Positions 47,824 to 60,300 are shown, numbered from the stretch's first letter. The stretch: 64,000 nt of DNA from Verrucomicrobiota bacterium (GCA_034440535.1 JAWXCD010000125.1:868-64867); one strand, 5' to 3'. The notes: a model not told the origin generated them from the sequence alone. A program made the numbers and translations.

Positions 47824-48057
47824 ATGTCTAAACATCGGGACGTTTCATGGGTTAAAGCACTCATCGCCGGACGAATTGTCATTCGGAAGCGCCTGAGTCT
47901 ACCATTGAGCGCACGTGATAAACGGCTGGCAAGCCATCTTTGTAATGATAGAGCTGTGACTCCACGATTACTGGGACAAGCCGTGGCCTCGCTCGCCGTG
48001 AAAAAAGGAGTTTATGAAAAAATCATGGTCGAAAGAGCGGTGGAATCCAACTTTTGA
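47824..48057 (+). CDS. Small hypothetical protein, possibly the partner of the downstream nucleotidyltransferase
   Basis: 77-aa ORF directly upstream of and co-oriented with the NTase pseudogene. Confidence 0.35.
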   Translation: MSKHRDVSWVKALIAGRIVIRKRLSLPLSARDKRLASHLCNDRAVTPRLLGQAVASLAVKKGVYEKIMVERAVESNF

Positions 48058-48061
48058 TTAA

Positions 48062-48665
48062 TCCTCTCCGGCCGGCCTTGTTCTTAAGGCTGCTCTTGGG
48101 TGCTTACCTTCCGATCGGCAGGTTCAATTGGTTGTTTTTGGTCTTGCCCCTTACAAATGGGGCTATTTTCTTCCTTTTTAAGTAACGACGTTGATGTGAT
48201 TACTGATCCGGAGTTCACATCACTTTTCGCGAAAGCACGCTTGTTGAAGGGTCAGAGATCTTATTACCTTGAGCCCTGCGATGCAGGAACCTTCACAGTC
48301 GCCCCAGACTGGACTGGGAGGGCCTATACTCATCAGGAATCTAATGTTACTGTTCTTTTTCCACATCCAATCGATATTCTCACATCGAAAATTAACGGAT
48401 GGAAGAAAAGGACTTTAGAGCTTTCGAATTAGTTCAGCAAACCACCGGTCACCCAACTGCGATTGAAATGATCGAGGCTTTGCAAAGAATTGTTGATGTT
48501 TATCGTCCGAGTTTCGATAAAGAACAAAGTTGTGATCCTTTTTATAATACAAAAGCGCTCTGGTCCCGTTTCTTTAAATCGGTGATTGATGTGCATGCAG
48601 AAATCATCATCCCAGCTCTCGCTCGCCGGTCCGCTCAATTTGGACATACTGAATTGAACTTATAG
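48062..48665 (+). pseudogene. Frameshifted Pol-beta-superfamily nucleotidyltransferase (DUF6036-like)
   Basis: Joining three frames gives SPAGLVL..LPSDRQVQLVVFG|PLQMG..SNDVDV...HPIDILTSKI|MEEKD. This has the G(S), DxD and SK..R..KD pattern, with shifts near 48145 and 48395. Confidence 0.55.
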
Positions 48666-49497
48666 CTTTATAACGACCTAAAGGAAATCGGCGACTCTTA
48701 AGGAAACCACTTCTATTTAATTTCGCCACCCGTTTATCTGCCGGAGTTGCGTTGGTCACGATAGTATTGTCCTCCGTCCCGGTCATATGAAAAAGAGGAA
48801 TACCGATTCCAGCATAGGCAGTTTTGACATCATTCTTTGCTTTTGGCGTACTCATGGCGATGGCCGCTTTAATGCGACCATCAGGCACTGAAACATCTTT
48901 CCCCTTTGGGGTGGTAAACACCTGACCGATCACGGCCATTGTTGTCCACGCGCCAAAGGAATGCCCCGCCATTCCAATTTTATCAGGATCAATTTTTCCT
49001 TTCAAGGGACCGTCACTTTTGTTCATTTTTAAAATCTGATCGATGGCAAATCGTATGTCGTGGGGCCTTTGAATGGCGACCTCAGCATTACGCGCTGCAG
49101 ACCGCATTGCTTTTAAGCGCTGATTACGAGGAACATCCTTCCAAACGGCATCATCGCTTCCTTGATGCTGAACATGGACAGAAACGTACCCGTTCTGAGC
49201 CCAGTACTGGCCCTGGCCGAGGTAAGCATAACCTTCACGATTCCCTCCAAGCCCATGGGAAAACACTATGACCGGGACTTGGCCAAGAGAGTTTTTAAGG
49301 TAATAAATCTTCACGGGCACTGTACGGTGCTCACGGCTGGCATCCACCCAATCGTAAAGGAGCACTCCTACGCTGGCTGGTTTCTTCTTAACATACGGTT
49401 GAACCTCCCCCGAATCAGACTGCTGAGCTTGCCCAAAACTCATTCCAAGAATTAAAGCCACAGCCCCAAAAAGAATCATATTTTGCGTTCTCATCAT
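48607..49497 (-). pseudogene. Secreted alpha/beta hydrolase (PAF-acetylhydrolase/dienelactone-like), probably C-terminally truncated
   Basis: FSHGLGG, GHSFG and TGTED motifs. Sequence becomes non-homologous after about ADKRV with no catalytic His, and it overlaps the opposite-strand pseudogene. Confidence 0.6.
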
Positions 49498-50145
49498 GTT
49501 TAATGACGTTTCACACTCGGAAAAGATTACAGGAAGTTATTTAATTCTGCTGGGAGTTTTCGAGACACAACCTGCATATAGAATGCGGCGATTCGTGATT
49601 CACGACTTTGTCTTCATTCTGTGGGGTTGTCCAACTATCAACGAAACCAAGCCCACACATGAGTATAACGATTGCCGAATCTTCTGGAGACGTGATAACA
49701 CACCAATTTAAAATACCGAGCCGCTGCGGGATCAAAGGACCTAAACCCTCCCGCAGGGATAAGCTTCTTCAAACACTAATGCCTCTGAACTCATCACATG
49801 TGATGCAGCGGGCGCTCGGACTAAAGTGGTTCTTTCTGGCTTGGAGAAAGCATCAGCAATCAAGTTTGATGCCAAGGGCAATATGCTTGTCTTCGACGCG
49901 GGCAAAGATTTGCAGTTTAAAATTTTCTCTCCTGAAAATAAACTGATACGTACGATTGGAACAACGGGAGGAGCTTAGAAAGGCTTCGATGAGGTCAAAC
50001 GTTTCATTGCGGGCAAAGTGGAAATCAAACCTTAAATCTATATGAGCGCGTTACAGGAGTGGGATTAAATTTCTTCGGTGACCTGCCTGATAAATATTCA
50101 TTCATAATTCTTGTGTATTACTATAAAGCCTGACAAGTTTTGATT

Positions 50146-50757
50146 ATGGCAGTGGTTAACATGGCGCGGAAGACAGTGCAGTTTAAGATCGTTTATTACG
50201 GACCAGCGTTGTGCGGGAAGACAACGAACCTTGAATATATTCACGCGAATGTGGAAACAGGCAAACGAGGGGATTTGGTTAGTCTTGGAACCAACAACGA
50301 CCGCACCTTGTTTTTTGATTTCTTGCCGCTCACAGCGGGGTCGGTAAATGGGTTCGAAACTAAATTCCAACTTTACACAGTTCCGGGGCAGGTCATTTAT
50401 GACGCAACACGTAAGTTGGTTCTCCGTGGTACGGACGGCGTGGTTTTTGTGGCAGATTCGCAACCCGAAAAACTAGAGGAGAACACGGTAGCGCTCCAGG
50501 AAATGTTCGACTACCTCGCAGGGTACGCAATTAATCCATACGAATGCCCGCTTGTTTTTCAATATAACAAACGAGACCTCCCCAGTGCTATGCCACGCGA
50601 AACGTTAGATTATTATCTTAACGGCCAAAACTATTTCGAGGTTTTTGAGGCATCCGCCGCTAGTGGTCAAATGGTTTTTGAAACACTTAACCGCATTTCT
50701 GAAAAGATCTTTTTATCCTTTGTCGAACGCCAGAAAGCCTCTGGCTTTTCTATCTGA
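50146..50757 (+). CDS. mglA: MglA-family small GTPase
   Basis: KIVYYGPALCGKTTNL, RTLFFD, LYTVPGQV.Y.ATRKLVL.G.DGVVFVADS and NKRD motifs. Confidence 0.88.
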   Translation: MAVVNMARKTVQFKIVYYGPALCGKTTNLEYIHANVETGKRGDLVSLGTNNDRTLFFDFLPLTAGSVNGFETKFQLYTVPGQVIYDATRKLVLRGTDGVVFVADSQPEKLEENTVALQEMFDYLAGYAINPYECPLVFQYNKRDLPSAMPRETLDYYLNGQNYFEVFEASAASGQMVFETLNRISEKIFLSFVERQKASGFSI

Positions 50758-50760
50758 GTT

Positions 50761-50976
50761 TCACGCTGCCTGAAATTTATATTCGTCCAAGGGAGAAAAT
50801 GAACCCACAAAAACGGTGTACCCACTACCCACCACTTCGAACACTGAAACCTTTTCCACTTGGGAATAGGAGATTATGTGTGCGTGGAGTTCATCTGGTG
50901 AATCTGCCCCAACGCTTTCACAACTGATTTCATCATTTGATTGATGAACTACTATTTTATATATATGTCGGCTCAC
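50761..50976 (-). CDS. Small hypothetical protein
   Basis: 71-aa ORF converging on mglA (3-nt gap), protein-like composition, GTG start. Confidence 0.45.
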   Translation of the reverse strand: MSRHIYKIVVHQSNDEISCESVGADSPDELHAHIISYSQVEKVSVFEVVGSGYTVFVGSFSPLDEYKFQAA

Positions 50977-51017
50977 GGGATGGATATAAGCAGCACTCAG
51001 GCCAACTTATCGTCCCA

Positions 51018-51113
51018 TTAACTGCACATCCGGAGAACGGGATGCTTTAAACTGGCAGTCATCAATTTCCCTTCTCGATCCCGAGTGCCAATGGGCATAA
51101 AATGAATAGCCAT
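51018..51113 (-). CDS. Candidate 31-aa small ORF (MAIHFMPIGTRDREGKLMTASLKHPVLRMCS)
   Basis: Strong SD (AGAGGAG) 4 nt before the ATG; below the ORF-track size cutoff. Confidence 0.3.
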   Translation of the reverse strand: MAIHFMPIGTRDREGKLMTASLKHPVLRMCS

Positions 51114-51250
51114 GGCTCTCCTCTGAAACTCAGTTACATTGGGCTGAGTGTAATGCAATGTTTGGCAATGATGAAACATGCACTGCCCTGCTTTGAGATC
51201 TACAACTACGGCCTTTGAATCATCCGCGATCCAACTCCCTGTCGTATGCG

Positions 51251-52507
51251 TTAACGAGATTTGATTTGCTGGTGAAGGTAAGGACGAAGTTGGTCACAAT
51301 CTTCTGAAAGACCGTCACCTCGTTCTGTAACTCTGATTTTGCGATTTTTGTGTTTGAGAACAAAAATAACCGTTGCCGTCGCATTATCGTAAAGTTTTCC
51401 GTAGGTTTTCGCTCCGCCAGTGGAATGGCGCACCACGGTATAGTCAAAGGAGCTCACAGTGTGATAGGGATGCCACCTTTTACGAAACAAGTTTTTTTCG
51501 TAGAACCCATACTGATGACAGGCATGACTTCGCGATGCTCGACCTAGAAGAATAATGGCAGGGGTAACCGAAAGACCGACGATAAGACTCGATGTCACCC
51601 ATTTCCAAATGGGATCCGCAATGTAGTTCCAACTCAATTCGGCTAATTCCGCACTTCCAGCGATGACAAGGACGAGGAGCATCAACGCTAGGCAAATGGA
51701 TAAGTGGGCGGGTTTAACCCTAAAAATAACACGTCCCATTTCACTGGCTGATGTGGGTTCCGAGAATTGATCAAGATTAAGCTTTGATAAATAAGCATGC
51801 AGCAAAACGGCGTTGTCATTGTTTCGTGGAATGGAAATGGATGGGTAAGTTTTCCCGATCAACCATACGGCGACTTTACTTTCAAAAATGTCACAGTGAG
51901 CGATCTCAGCACGGGGCATCGAGTTCTTTTTGTAAAAAAAAGATTTTTGATCCACTTTCCAATTTTTACCGGTAAACGAGGCACCGGCATTGACGCGCCT
52001 CTCAATTTCCTCAGCCATCTTACTCACGAATGCTCCTAACCATGGAAAAAAGGGGTCACCTCCTTCATAGGGAATCACGTGGCTTAGATCGAATTTTTTA
52101 TCATCTGCCTTTATCACAATTCGATGTAAGGCAGCAGTTTTTCTTATTCTGCCATGAGAAATATCGTATTTAAAAGAATCGATCTGGTTCAATAAAACGG
52201 GTTTGTCATTGATCTTAATCCCATGTTCAAAAAGGTGAATCCTCGCCCTGTTTCTCGAACGCTTGATCAGTAAAAAAATTCCGATGACCATAAATACAAC
52301 GGCAATGCAGGCAGACCACATGCCCAACAATGAATTCTTAAGAACCATGTATGCTGTAATAGATCCTCCACCTGCTAGTATGGCAAACGTGAGAAAAAGA
52401 ATAACTAATCCATGGAAGGAAAGGGGCAGAGGCTTAATAGCACACGAAAAATGTGTGGGCTCGCCTAACTCTGATGGTGGCTCACTTTTTTTAATCTCTT
52501 CTGCCAT
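51251..52507 (-). CDS. Hypothetical membrane protein (two TM-pair + soluble modules)
   Basis: 418-aa ORF with two TM hairpins, each followed by a bPH-like 'xxxEHGI / HQYGF' segment. Confidence 0.7.
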   Translation of the reverse strand: MAEEIKKSEPPSELGEPTHFSCAIKPLPLSFHGLVILFLTFAILAGGGSITAYMVLKNSLLGMWSACIAVVFMVIGIFLLIKRSRNRARIHLFEHGIKINDKPVLLNQIDSFKYDISHGRIRKTAALHRIVIKADDKKFDLSHVIPYEGGDPFFPWLGAFVSKMAEEIERRVNAGASFTGKNWKVDQKSFFYKKNSMPRAEIAHCDIFESKVAVWLIGKTYPSISIPRNNDNAVLLHAYLSKLNLDQFSEPTSASEMGRVIFRVKPAHLSICLALMLLVLVIAGSAELAELSWNYIADPIWKWVTSSLIVGLSVTPAIILLGRASRSHACHQYGFYEKNLFRKRWHPYHTVSSFDYTVVRHSTGGAKTYGKLYDNATATVIFVLKHKNRKIRVTERGDGLSEDCDQLRPYLHQQIKSR

Positions 52508-52575
52508 AATCTGCGCAAGTTAGTAAATTAAAAGCGATTATAAGGGCATTCGTAATGAGCGCTAGACTTATCCGG

Positions 52576-54045
52576 TCATAGTTGGAGTTTGTGTAATATT
52601 TTGTTAATTCGTTCTTTCACGGCGATATCCATTTCCAGCTTGGGCGGCCATGATCGATGATACCCTTCACCGGGCAATTTGCGTGTCGCGTCAAACCCCA
52701 ATTTAGTCCCGATATTCGCAATATTCGGGGCATGGTCGAGACTATCGGTAGGCCCTTTTGAAAAGATGACGTCACGGCCCGGGTCCACATTTCCACACAG
52801 CCACCACAACACCTCACTTGTGTTCCGAACATCAATGTCCTCGTCCACAACCACCATGAGTTTTGTAAACATCATCTGCCCCATCCCCCAAAGGCCGTGC
52901 ATGATTTTGTACGCATGATAGGGATACTGCTTCTTGATTGAGACAAAGACCAAATTATGGAAAACGCCTTCCGCAGGTAAATGGATATCAACGATTTCGG
53001 GGAAGAGCATTTTCATCATAGGGAACATGATTCGCACACTTGCTGTCCCTAAATAAAAATCTTCCATTGGAGGCCGTCCCACAATGGTGGCTGGGTACAC
53101 CGCATTTTTTCGGTGGGTGATTGCCGTGACGTGAAAAACAGGATATTCGTCTTCCATAGTATAGAAGCCAGTATGATCTCCAAAAGGGCCTTCGGTTCTG
53201 CGCTCGCCCGGTTCAACAAAACCTTCGATGACAAAATCGGATTCAGCAGGGACCATGAGGTCATGTGATTCGCATTTGACCAGTTCGACCGGTTTTTGGC
53301 GCAAATACCCCGCAAAAAGGAGTTCATCGATGCCATCGGGTAATGGGGCGGTGGCCGCAAATGTGAGCAAAGGGTCGCCACCTAGGCATACCGCCACCGG
53401 CATCCGTTTTCTCGCTTTTTCATAAGCTCTGGCGTGCCGCGCACCGACTTTGTGAAGTTGCCAATGCATACCCGTGGAAGCACCATCGAACACCTGCATG
53501 CGATACATGCCTATGTTTCGTTCTCCTGTGTCCGGATCTTGTGTGTACACATTTGGAAATGTAATAAAACGACCTCCATCCTTGGGCCAGCATTTGAGAA
53601 TGGGTAAGTTATTCAGCGAAAAATTGGATTGAGGGGAGACCTGATGGATGACCTCCTTACACGGACCGGATGACACAGACTTTCCTCGAGCATTGAGTAC
53701 TGACATTCCCTGACTCAACAACTGAAGTCCTTCTTTAAAACTAGTGGGTGGTTTTGTTTTTAAAAGGGCCCCAAGTTCATGGGCAATTTGGTCAATCGGT
53801 TTTCCTAAGCATATTTCCATCCTCCGAAAGGAACCGTATGCGTTGATGAGAAGGGGGAATTCGGATTGTTTTCCATCAATGATTGGCTTCTGAAAAAGAA
53901 GTGCTTTCCCTCCTCCTGGCTTCTTCATTTCGCGGTCGGCAATTTCAGTTATCTCCAAGTTTGTATCGATGGGCTCCACGATTTGAATCAACTCATCCGT
54001 GAGAATAAGTTTTTCGGCAAAATCTTTTGTTGATGAAAACGGCAT
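52576..54045 (-). CDS. ubiD: UbiD-family decarboxylase (menaquinone/futalosine-pathway type)
   Basis: WPKDGGRFIT, NIGMYRMQ, EGPFGDHTG, GRPPMED, VSIKKQYP and KLGFDATRK motifs. Start reassigned to 54045. Confidence 0.9.
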   Translation of the reverse strand: MPFSSTKDFAEKLILTDELIQIVEPIDTNLEITEIADREMKKPGGGKALLFQKPIIDGKQSEFPLLINAYGSFRRMEICLGKPIDQIAHELGALLKTKPPTSFKEGLQLLSQGMSVLNARGKSVSSGPCKEVIHQVSPQSNFSLNNLPILKCWPKDGGRFITFPNVYTQDPDTGERNIGMYRMQVFDGASTGMHWQLHKVGARHARAYEKARKRMPVAVCLGGDPLLTFAATAPLPDGIDELLFAGYLRQKPVELVKCESHDLMVPAESDFVIEGFVEPGERRTEGPFGDHTGFYTMEDEYPVFHVTAITHRKNAVYPATIVGRPPMEDFYLGTASVRIMFPMMKMLFPEIVDIHLPAEGVFHNLVFVSIKKQYPYHAYKIMHGLWGMGQMMFTKLMVVVDEDIDVRNTSEVLWWLCGNVDPGRDVIFSKGPTDSLDHAPNIANIGTKLGFDATRKLPGEGYHRSWPPKLEMDIAVKERINKILHKLQL

Positions 54046-54360
54046 TTCGTATGTTGGCAAAACATCCACCAAACGTGAATAAAAATCGACCTCGATGAGG
54101 GTTGCAAATTAATTGAGTGCAGCCTTGTTTGAAAGGATTGTCTCAGTTGAGAAAGGCAAAAGACTCACTTAAGTGTAAGGAATGCCCTTATATATGGCGA
54201 TGATAACGCACTAACAATAACGACTATAATTACCGTAATGAAATCTCTTAAATTCTGATATAAATATAGATATTTACAGTTTTTTATGCGAAAATCCATC
54301 TCGTAAACGCCTTCCTTGTTGCGGAGTTACTCTGCCATTGATGTCTATCCGTTAAAATGA

Positions 54361-57300
54361 ATGCTGGTCGAATTTCGAAACATAACGTTCAAGATATTTC
54401 TCTTTTTTGCTTTTATGAGCACAGCGGAACTTTGTCGTGCACAAACAGTGTGGACGAACGGAGCTGGGACTACTTGGGGTACAGCCGGCAATTGGAATAG
54501 CGGCATTCCCGGTGCAACATCCGCCGCTTATTTTACAAATTTCTTCACCAACACGACCATTACGATCGACGTTGGGGCAAACCGGACTTTTGATTCATTA
54601 ATCTTTAGTGGCACAAACGCTTATACTTTTAATAATAACCGATTCCGACTTCAAGCAACGACCAGTACGGGTATCGTTCAAAATTCTTCCGCAGACGTAA
54701 CCGTAAACTCCACAATTCGCTTTGATGCATCGAAAACATTTACTGGAAATGGTGCGGGTCTTCTTTCTTTAAACGGAATAGTTTCTCAAAATGGTGGCCC
54801 ATGGAGTTTTACAAAAGATGGGACGTTTAGTTTATATTTAGGAGCCGCAAATACATTTTCGGGCGGGTTTATCCACAATGGGGGTGCTGTTATTGCAGGG
54901 AATAACGCCGCGTTTGGTGCTAGTGCTGGCACTCTGACGATTAATGGAGGCGGCACCTCGGTCGTTAGTGCGAATGCGACTCGCACTGTGGCCAATAACT
55001 TGGCTGTTAATACAAATGTGATGTTTGTACTGACTAACGGAAATGACTTCACTTTTTCAAGCGGCACGGTTTCAGGAGCGGCAGGTTCTGTTGTTACAGT
55101 CACTAATACGGGCGCAACCCCTTCAACGTTGGGTTTTTCTGGAAATGGATTCACGTATAATGGAAATTTTCAGCTTCTAGCTAACACTGAGCTTGGTTTG
55201 CAAAATGGAGCTGGAACTCAAACTTTTGCAGGCTTGGTTTATGGGGCAGGTTCTACTCTTAAAAGTGGGGGTGGGACGAGCATTTTGTCAGTTTCTAATG
55301 CCTATACGGGCGGTACCATCATCCAAGCCGGGGAACTTATCGGGGCCAATGTGAATGCTCTCGGTGGTAGGGATGTCACTTTTAACACGGCTGCAGGTAT
55401 TTTGGGGGTGCGAGGCGGTAATTTGACGTTGAGCAATCTAACCGCAACATCAGCGGCGACTTTGCAAATCAATGAGGCTGCAGCTACTGCACTTAATAGA
55501 TCAATCGATATCTACGGAACAATTTCCGGCGCGGGTGGCGTCACGGTGGGCGACGGCGTGAATACAACGGGAGTATTAACGCTTAACCTTCTCAACACGA
55601 ACGCTACTCATACTGCGGCAATTAACCTAGACGGAGGAACGGCAGCACGTCCAGGGGTTCTGCAAATGAGCCATGCATCAGGGACGCAAACGTTGTCGGG
55701 AATCATTTCGGGAGCGGGCGGAACGGTTCTACAGTCAAACACGGGCACTACGATTTTAAGTGGGATCAATACTTATGGAGGAGGGACGATAATTAGTAAT
55801 GGTGTTCTGGTGGCTACTGGGAACAACTCGGCCATGGGCTCTGGAAACGTCACTTTAGCGGGTGGCACAAATCGTATACAAAGTTTAAATGCGGTAGCAA
55901 ATAATTTTAATTTTAATGGGGGTGTACTTCAGGCGGTGGCAGGTAGTTCACCCGTGGGTTTGTTCGGGGTTATTACGATGAACTCAAATGGAGTTATTAT
56001 TACTGATACAAATATAACTCTTGGAAATGCGGCGAATGAATTAACTGGGTCAGGAATGCTGATTAAAGAAGGCGCAGAAAAACTTATTTTGGGATTTGCC
56101 AACAACAATTCAGGTGGAATCCAAGTGAATGCGGGAACTTTGGAGGCTAATAACGCGGCGGCCATGGGTTCTGGAACATTAACCATGAATGGCGGTACGC
56201 TGACAGCTAACGGAAGTTACACCTATGCCAATGCGTTAAACGTCCTCACTAATAGTTATTTGGTAGCAACAAATGGTAATAGTTACACCTTTTCAAGTGG
56301 TAGTATTTCAGGTCAATTGGGGGCGACGTTTTATTTTACGAACACTGGTGCAGGCACATCCTCGCTCAACCTCACCGGAAATGGGTTCGATTATCAGGGC
56401 GGTCTCTTTTTGTCCGGTCCAAATAGCACAAAACTGTCCTTTCAAAATGCAGCGGGTAGTCAAACTTTCTCGGGTCATATTTACGGGTCCGGCTCTGTCG
56501 AACGTATCACGGCCGGTGGCACGACTGTGTTTGCTGGTGATAACACTTATACAGGCGGTACGTTAATCCAAGCGGGAACCCTTGAAACCCAAATTGGGGA
56601 TACACTTTGGTCGTCATTAGGTTCAGGTGTTGTTACATTAAACGGCGGCAATTGGAGGGCAACGACACGTCCTCAATATTACAGTAATTCAATTGTCGTT
56701 CAGAATCCTGCGGTGAGTTATCTGATTGCAGATACAAACTTAATTCTTGCGGGCCAGATCACGGGTACGGGAACATTGAACAAGAGCGGGTTAGGCTTGG
56801 TCACAATGAGTAATCTCGCAATGAGCGGGGGTACACTTAATATAGGTTACAGTACGACTTCGGGTGGGCCTGTGCTTTTAACAGGGCCTAATGCCGGTTT
56901 GGCGGCAGCGATTAATGTGGGGTCGGGAGTCGGAAATTCGGGAACGAGCACGTTGCGAATTGCAAATGCTTCTGCTCTTGGAGCTGGTGCGGTTACCATC
57001 AATGGAGATAATGCAAATGACCGCAGTATGCTTTATCTTGATAACAACATTCTTGTAAACAAAGCGATCACTATAAACACGCTTGCTCAGGGTAATCAAA
57101 GTGATGGTGTTGCTGGGCTCGGTTCATGGTCAGGAACGAATACTTACAATGGTACCATTACACTTAACGGTAATGCGGTCGCTTACAATGTTGTTAATTT
57201 TGATGTTCAAGCAAATAGTACATTGATTTTAGGAACAGCTGCCACAGCGGCCCGGTTTGCGTTGCCCGCCGATAGATATTTTCCCCTAGCAAAAATAGGT

Positions 57301-60300
57301 GCTGGTACCTTGATCATCAGTAATGTCAATTACACTTTTGCTAATGCTAATTCCTATAATTGGTGGCAATTCCGCGAAGGGACTTTGGAGACGGTTTCTC
57401 AGCAAAGTAATCTGACCAATGGCCTTGGTAATATTTACCCAGACTTTCTTGGAGGGACTTGGCGGATTTCAACAATCAACCAGACGTACGGCGTGAACAC
57501 GTGGGGCTCTGGATGGCATGATATTGCTGGTCAAAATTCAAAGATCGAAGTGATGACGAATATCTATCTTGGGTTGCAAGAACGTTTCCAATTGGAGGGG
57601 GCCACAACCAATGTTGGTGAAATTGTGAGTATCACGGGTGATGGATATTCTAAATATTGGAGGGCGACCGCTGCAGGGGGTTGGATGCCTACAGTGGGAG
57701 CGGCTGGTCGTATTGCTTTGGTAAGTGGAATTTTAGAAGGCAGCACAAACATGGGGTCCGGCACTGAAACGAATGGTGATGCCCTTGTTTCTGCACGTTT
57801 TCGTTTGCAGGGGGGAACAATCGCACTTGGGCAAGATTATTTTCCTGAGGACATCATTTTAGCAGTAGGCGGCGGGACAATTATGATGTCAGAGGACGCG
57901 AACACTAATGGCATTGCAAACCGAATTAACTATATCCGGGAAATTGGTTGGGACAACAATGCTGTGGGTCTTGCCGCCTCGGCGGTTTACGATGATTCTT
58001 ATGGAAGTGGTTCGGAAATCCATGGCGGGCCACTCACCTTTAATATAGCGGATGTTAATGACTCCCTCGTTTTGACAAATAATCCTTTAATAAATGGTGA
58101 TGGGAATGTCGCGGTCATTAGGGGATCCAATACAACGGTGACTGTGACAGGTAACGGGACCTTGGTCATGGCTGGGACGGGGACAAACACTTACATGGGG
58201 AATACCTACGTTAACGGCGGTACGTTAGCTTTGAATAAACCAACCGGAATTAATGCTTTCCGCACAAACCTTATTATCAGTAATGGCACAGCAATCTTGT
58301 GGAATGGGAATCAGATTGCTGATACGGCCTTAGTCGAAGTGCATAATCAGGGTACATTTAATTACAGCAATTTCACTGAAACTGTGGGTGGATTGAGGAT
58401 GAGCGGTGGAACAATCACGGGCGGCACGGGGGTACTAACGCTCAATGGAAATGTCGTGGGTCTTTCTTCAACTAACACCCCTTCTATTTACGGAAATCTT
58501 AACCTAGGTGGCACCAGTCGCACATTTACAATCGACGGAAATATGAACGTTGGTGCGGTGATCACTAACGGGGGTTTGATTAAAGAGGGCACTGGAGTTT
58601 TAAATTTCATTGGTTCAAACGCGAACACTTATACCGGCCAAACGGTCATCAACGCAGGCACCCTTGATCTCCGAAATCCATCTGGAGTCGTGGGAATCGC
58701 CGGGTCCGTTTTGATTAATTCCAATGGTACGCTCAGCGGCCTTTCGAGTAGGGTCGCAGGACTCGTTACAAACTATGGGACTCTTTCGCCCGGGGGTGCA
58801 TCGGGGGTTGGAACGATGACTTTTGATACGAACTTAGTTTTGATGAACTCCTCGACGTCTTTGTTTAATTTTCTTTCGACCACCTCCTTTGATAGTAATT
58901 ACGTAAGCGGGGTCCTCATTATCCAGCCGAATGCAGCACTGAATCTTGATTTCTCATACGATCCGACTCCTACAGATTCGTTCGCAATTTTCCAAGTGGG
59001 TTCAAGCAATATTTCTGGGTTATTCACCAACATAAATTTCCTCGGATCTGCTTTGAGCGGTCAGTTTGTAACCAATGCTAATGGGTCTGTAGTCATCAGT
59101 AATGTCATCGCAGCGAACTATGTTTGGGACAGCGGCGCCTCTGATAACAACTGGTCAAGTCGGACAAATTGGTTTGGTGATAACACTCCGGTAAACGATG
59201 GTCGCGCTAAACTCATCTTTGCAACGAACAGTATTCGTTCCACGCCTTTTGTTGATACCAACTGGTTTGTTCGGTCACTTTTATTCACGAACAACATCAA
59301 TTCATTTACAATGTCGGGCAGTAACATCCTGATTAAAGGCCAGCTAGGAACTGGTATTGTACAAAACGCGGCCAACGCACAGCGCATTAATAACAGCGTG
59401 ACTTTGGCGACAAACCAACTCTGGTTGGCTGGAGGGGGCGACTTAGTGCTCGGGGGAGTAGTGGATACGGCTGGATTCAATTTTACGCTCGCCGGCATTT
59501 CAAACTTTATTTTTACAAACGGGTCGTCACTTGTCCTTTCAAATAACAGCTTACATAACAGAGCGGGAAGTTTGGTTATCAATGGCACCGGCAGCAACGG
59601 GACAGGGGTTTTAAGAAGTTTGGGCGGTAATAGCGTGGTGACGGGGAATGTCTCGCTCTTAGGTTTGGCTGGAATCGGGGTCGATTCGGGAATGTTACTC
59701 ATGTCCAATACGATCAATGGCGCGGGTGACCTCGTAAAAGTTGGCGCAGGAACTTTGAATTTGTTGGGCGCAAATACTTATTCTGGGTCCACAACTGTCA
59801 GTAACGGAACACTCCTCGTCGGATCCGCTCAAGCTTTAGGTTCGGCTAATACAAACGCCGCTACTGGAACACGCGTCATTTCGGGCGGGACTCTAAGTCT
59901 TTCAAATAATATCACGATTACCGGTGAGCTTTTAACATTGGCCGGTAATGGCGTTGGGGGAACCAATGGGGCTTTAAACAATTTAAGCGGTAACAACCGT
60001 TTTAATTCGCCTCTGGTCCTTTCGGGGAATACGCTCATTGTTTCAACAACGAACACTTTAAGTTTAGGTACTAATGGTACGACGTTTGAAGTGAGCAACG
60101 CCGGGAATACCTTAACGTTAAATGGTGCGGGTGATATTCGATTCAATAGTAGTGTCTCCGGGACGGGTGGGTTAATTAAAAACGGGACTGGCACTTCAAC
60201 TTTAGCTGGTGCTTCAAATAGTTTTACTGGCGATACGTATGTTTATGGCGGGGTGCTTGTCTTAAACACATCCAATTCGCATCCCGGCAATGTAATTATC

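Noticed and set aside
49500-50040. ORFs 49496-49711 and 49608-49946 as genes
   Set aside because: No recognisable motifs and several short overlapping frames; probably decayed sequence.
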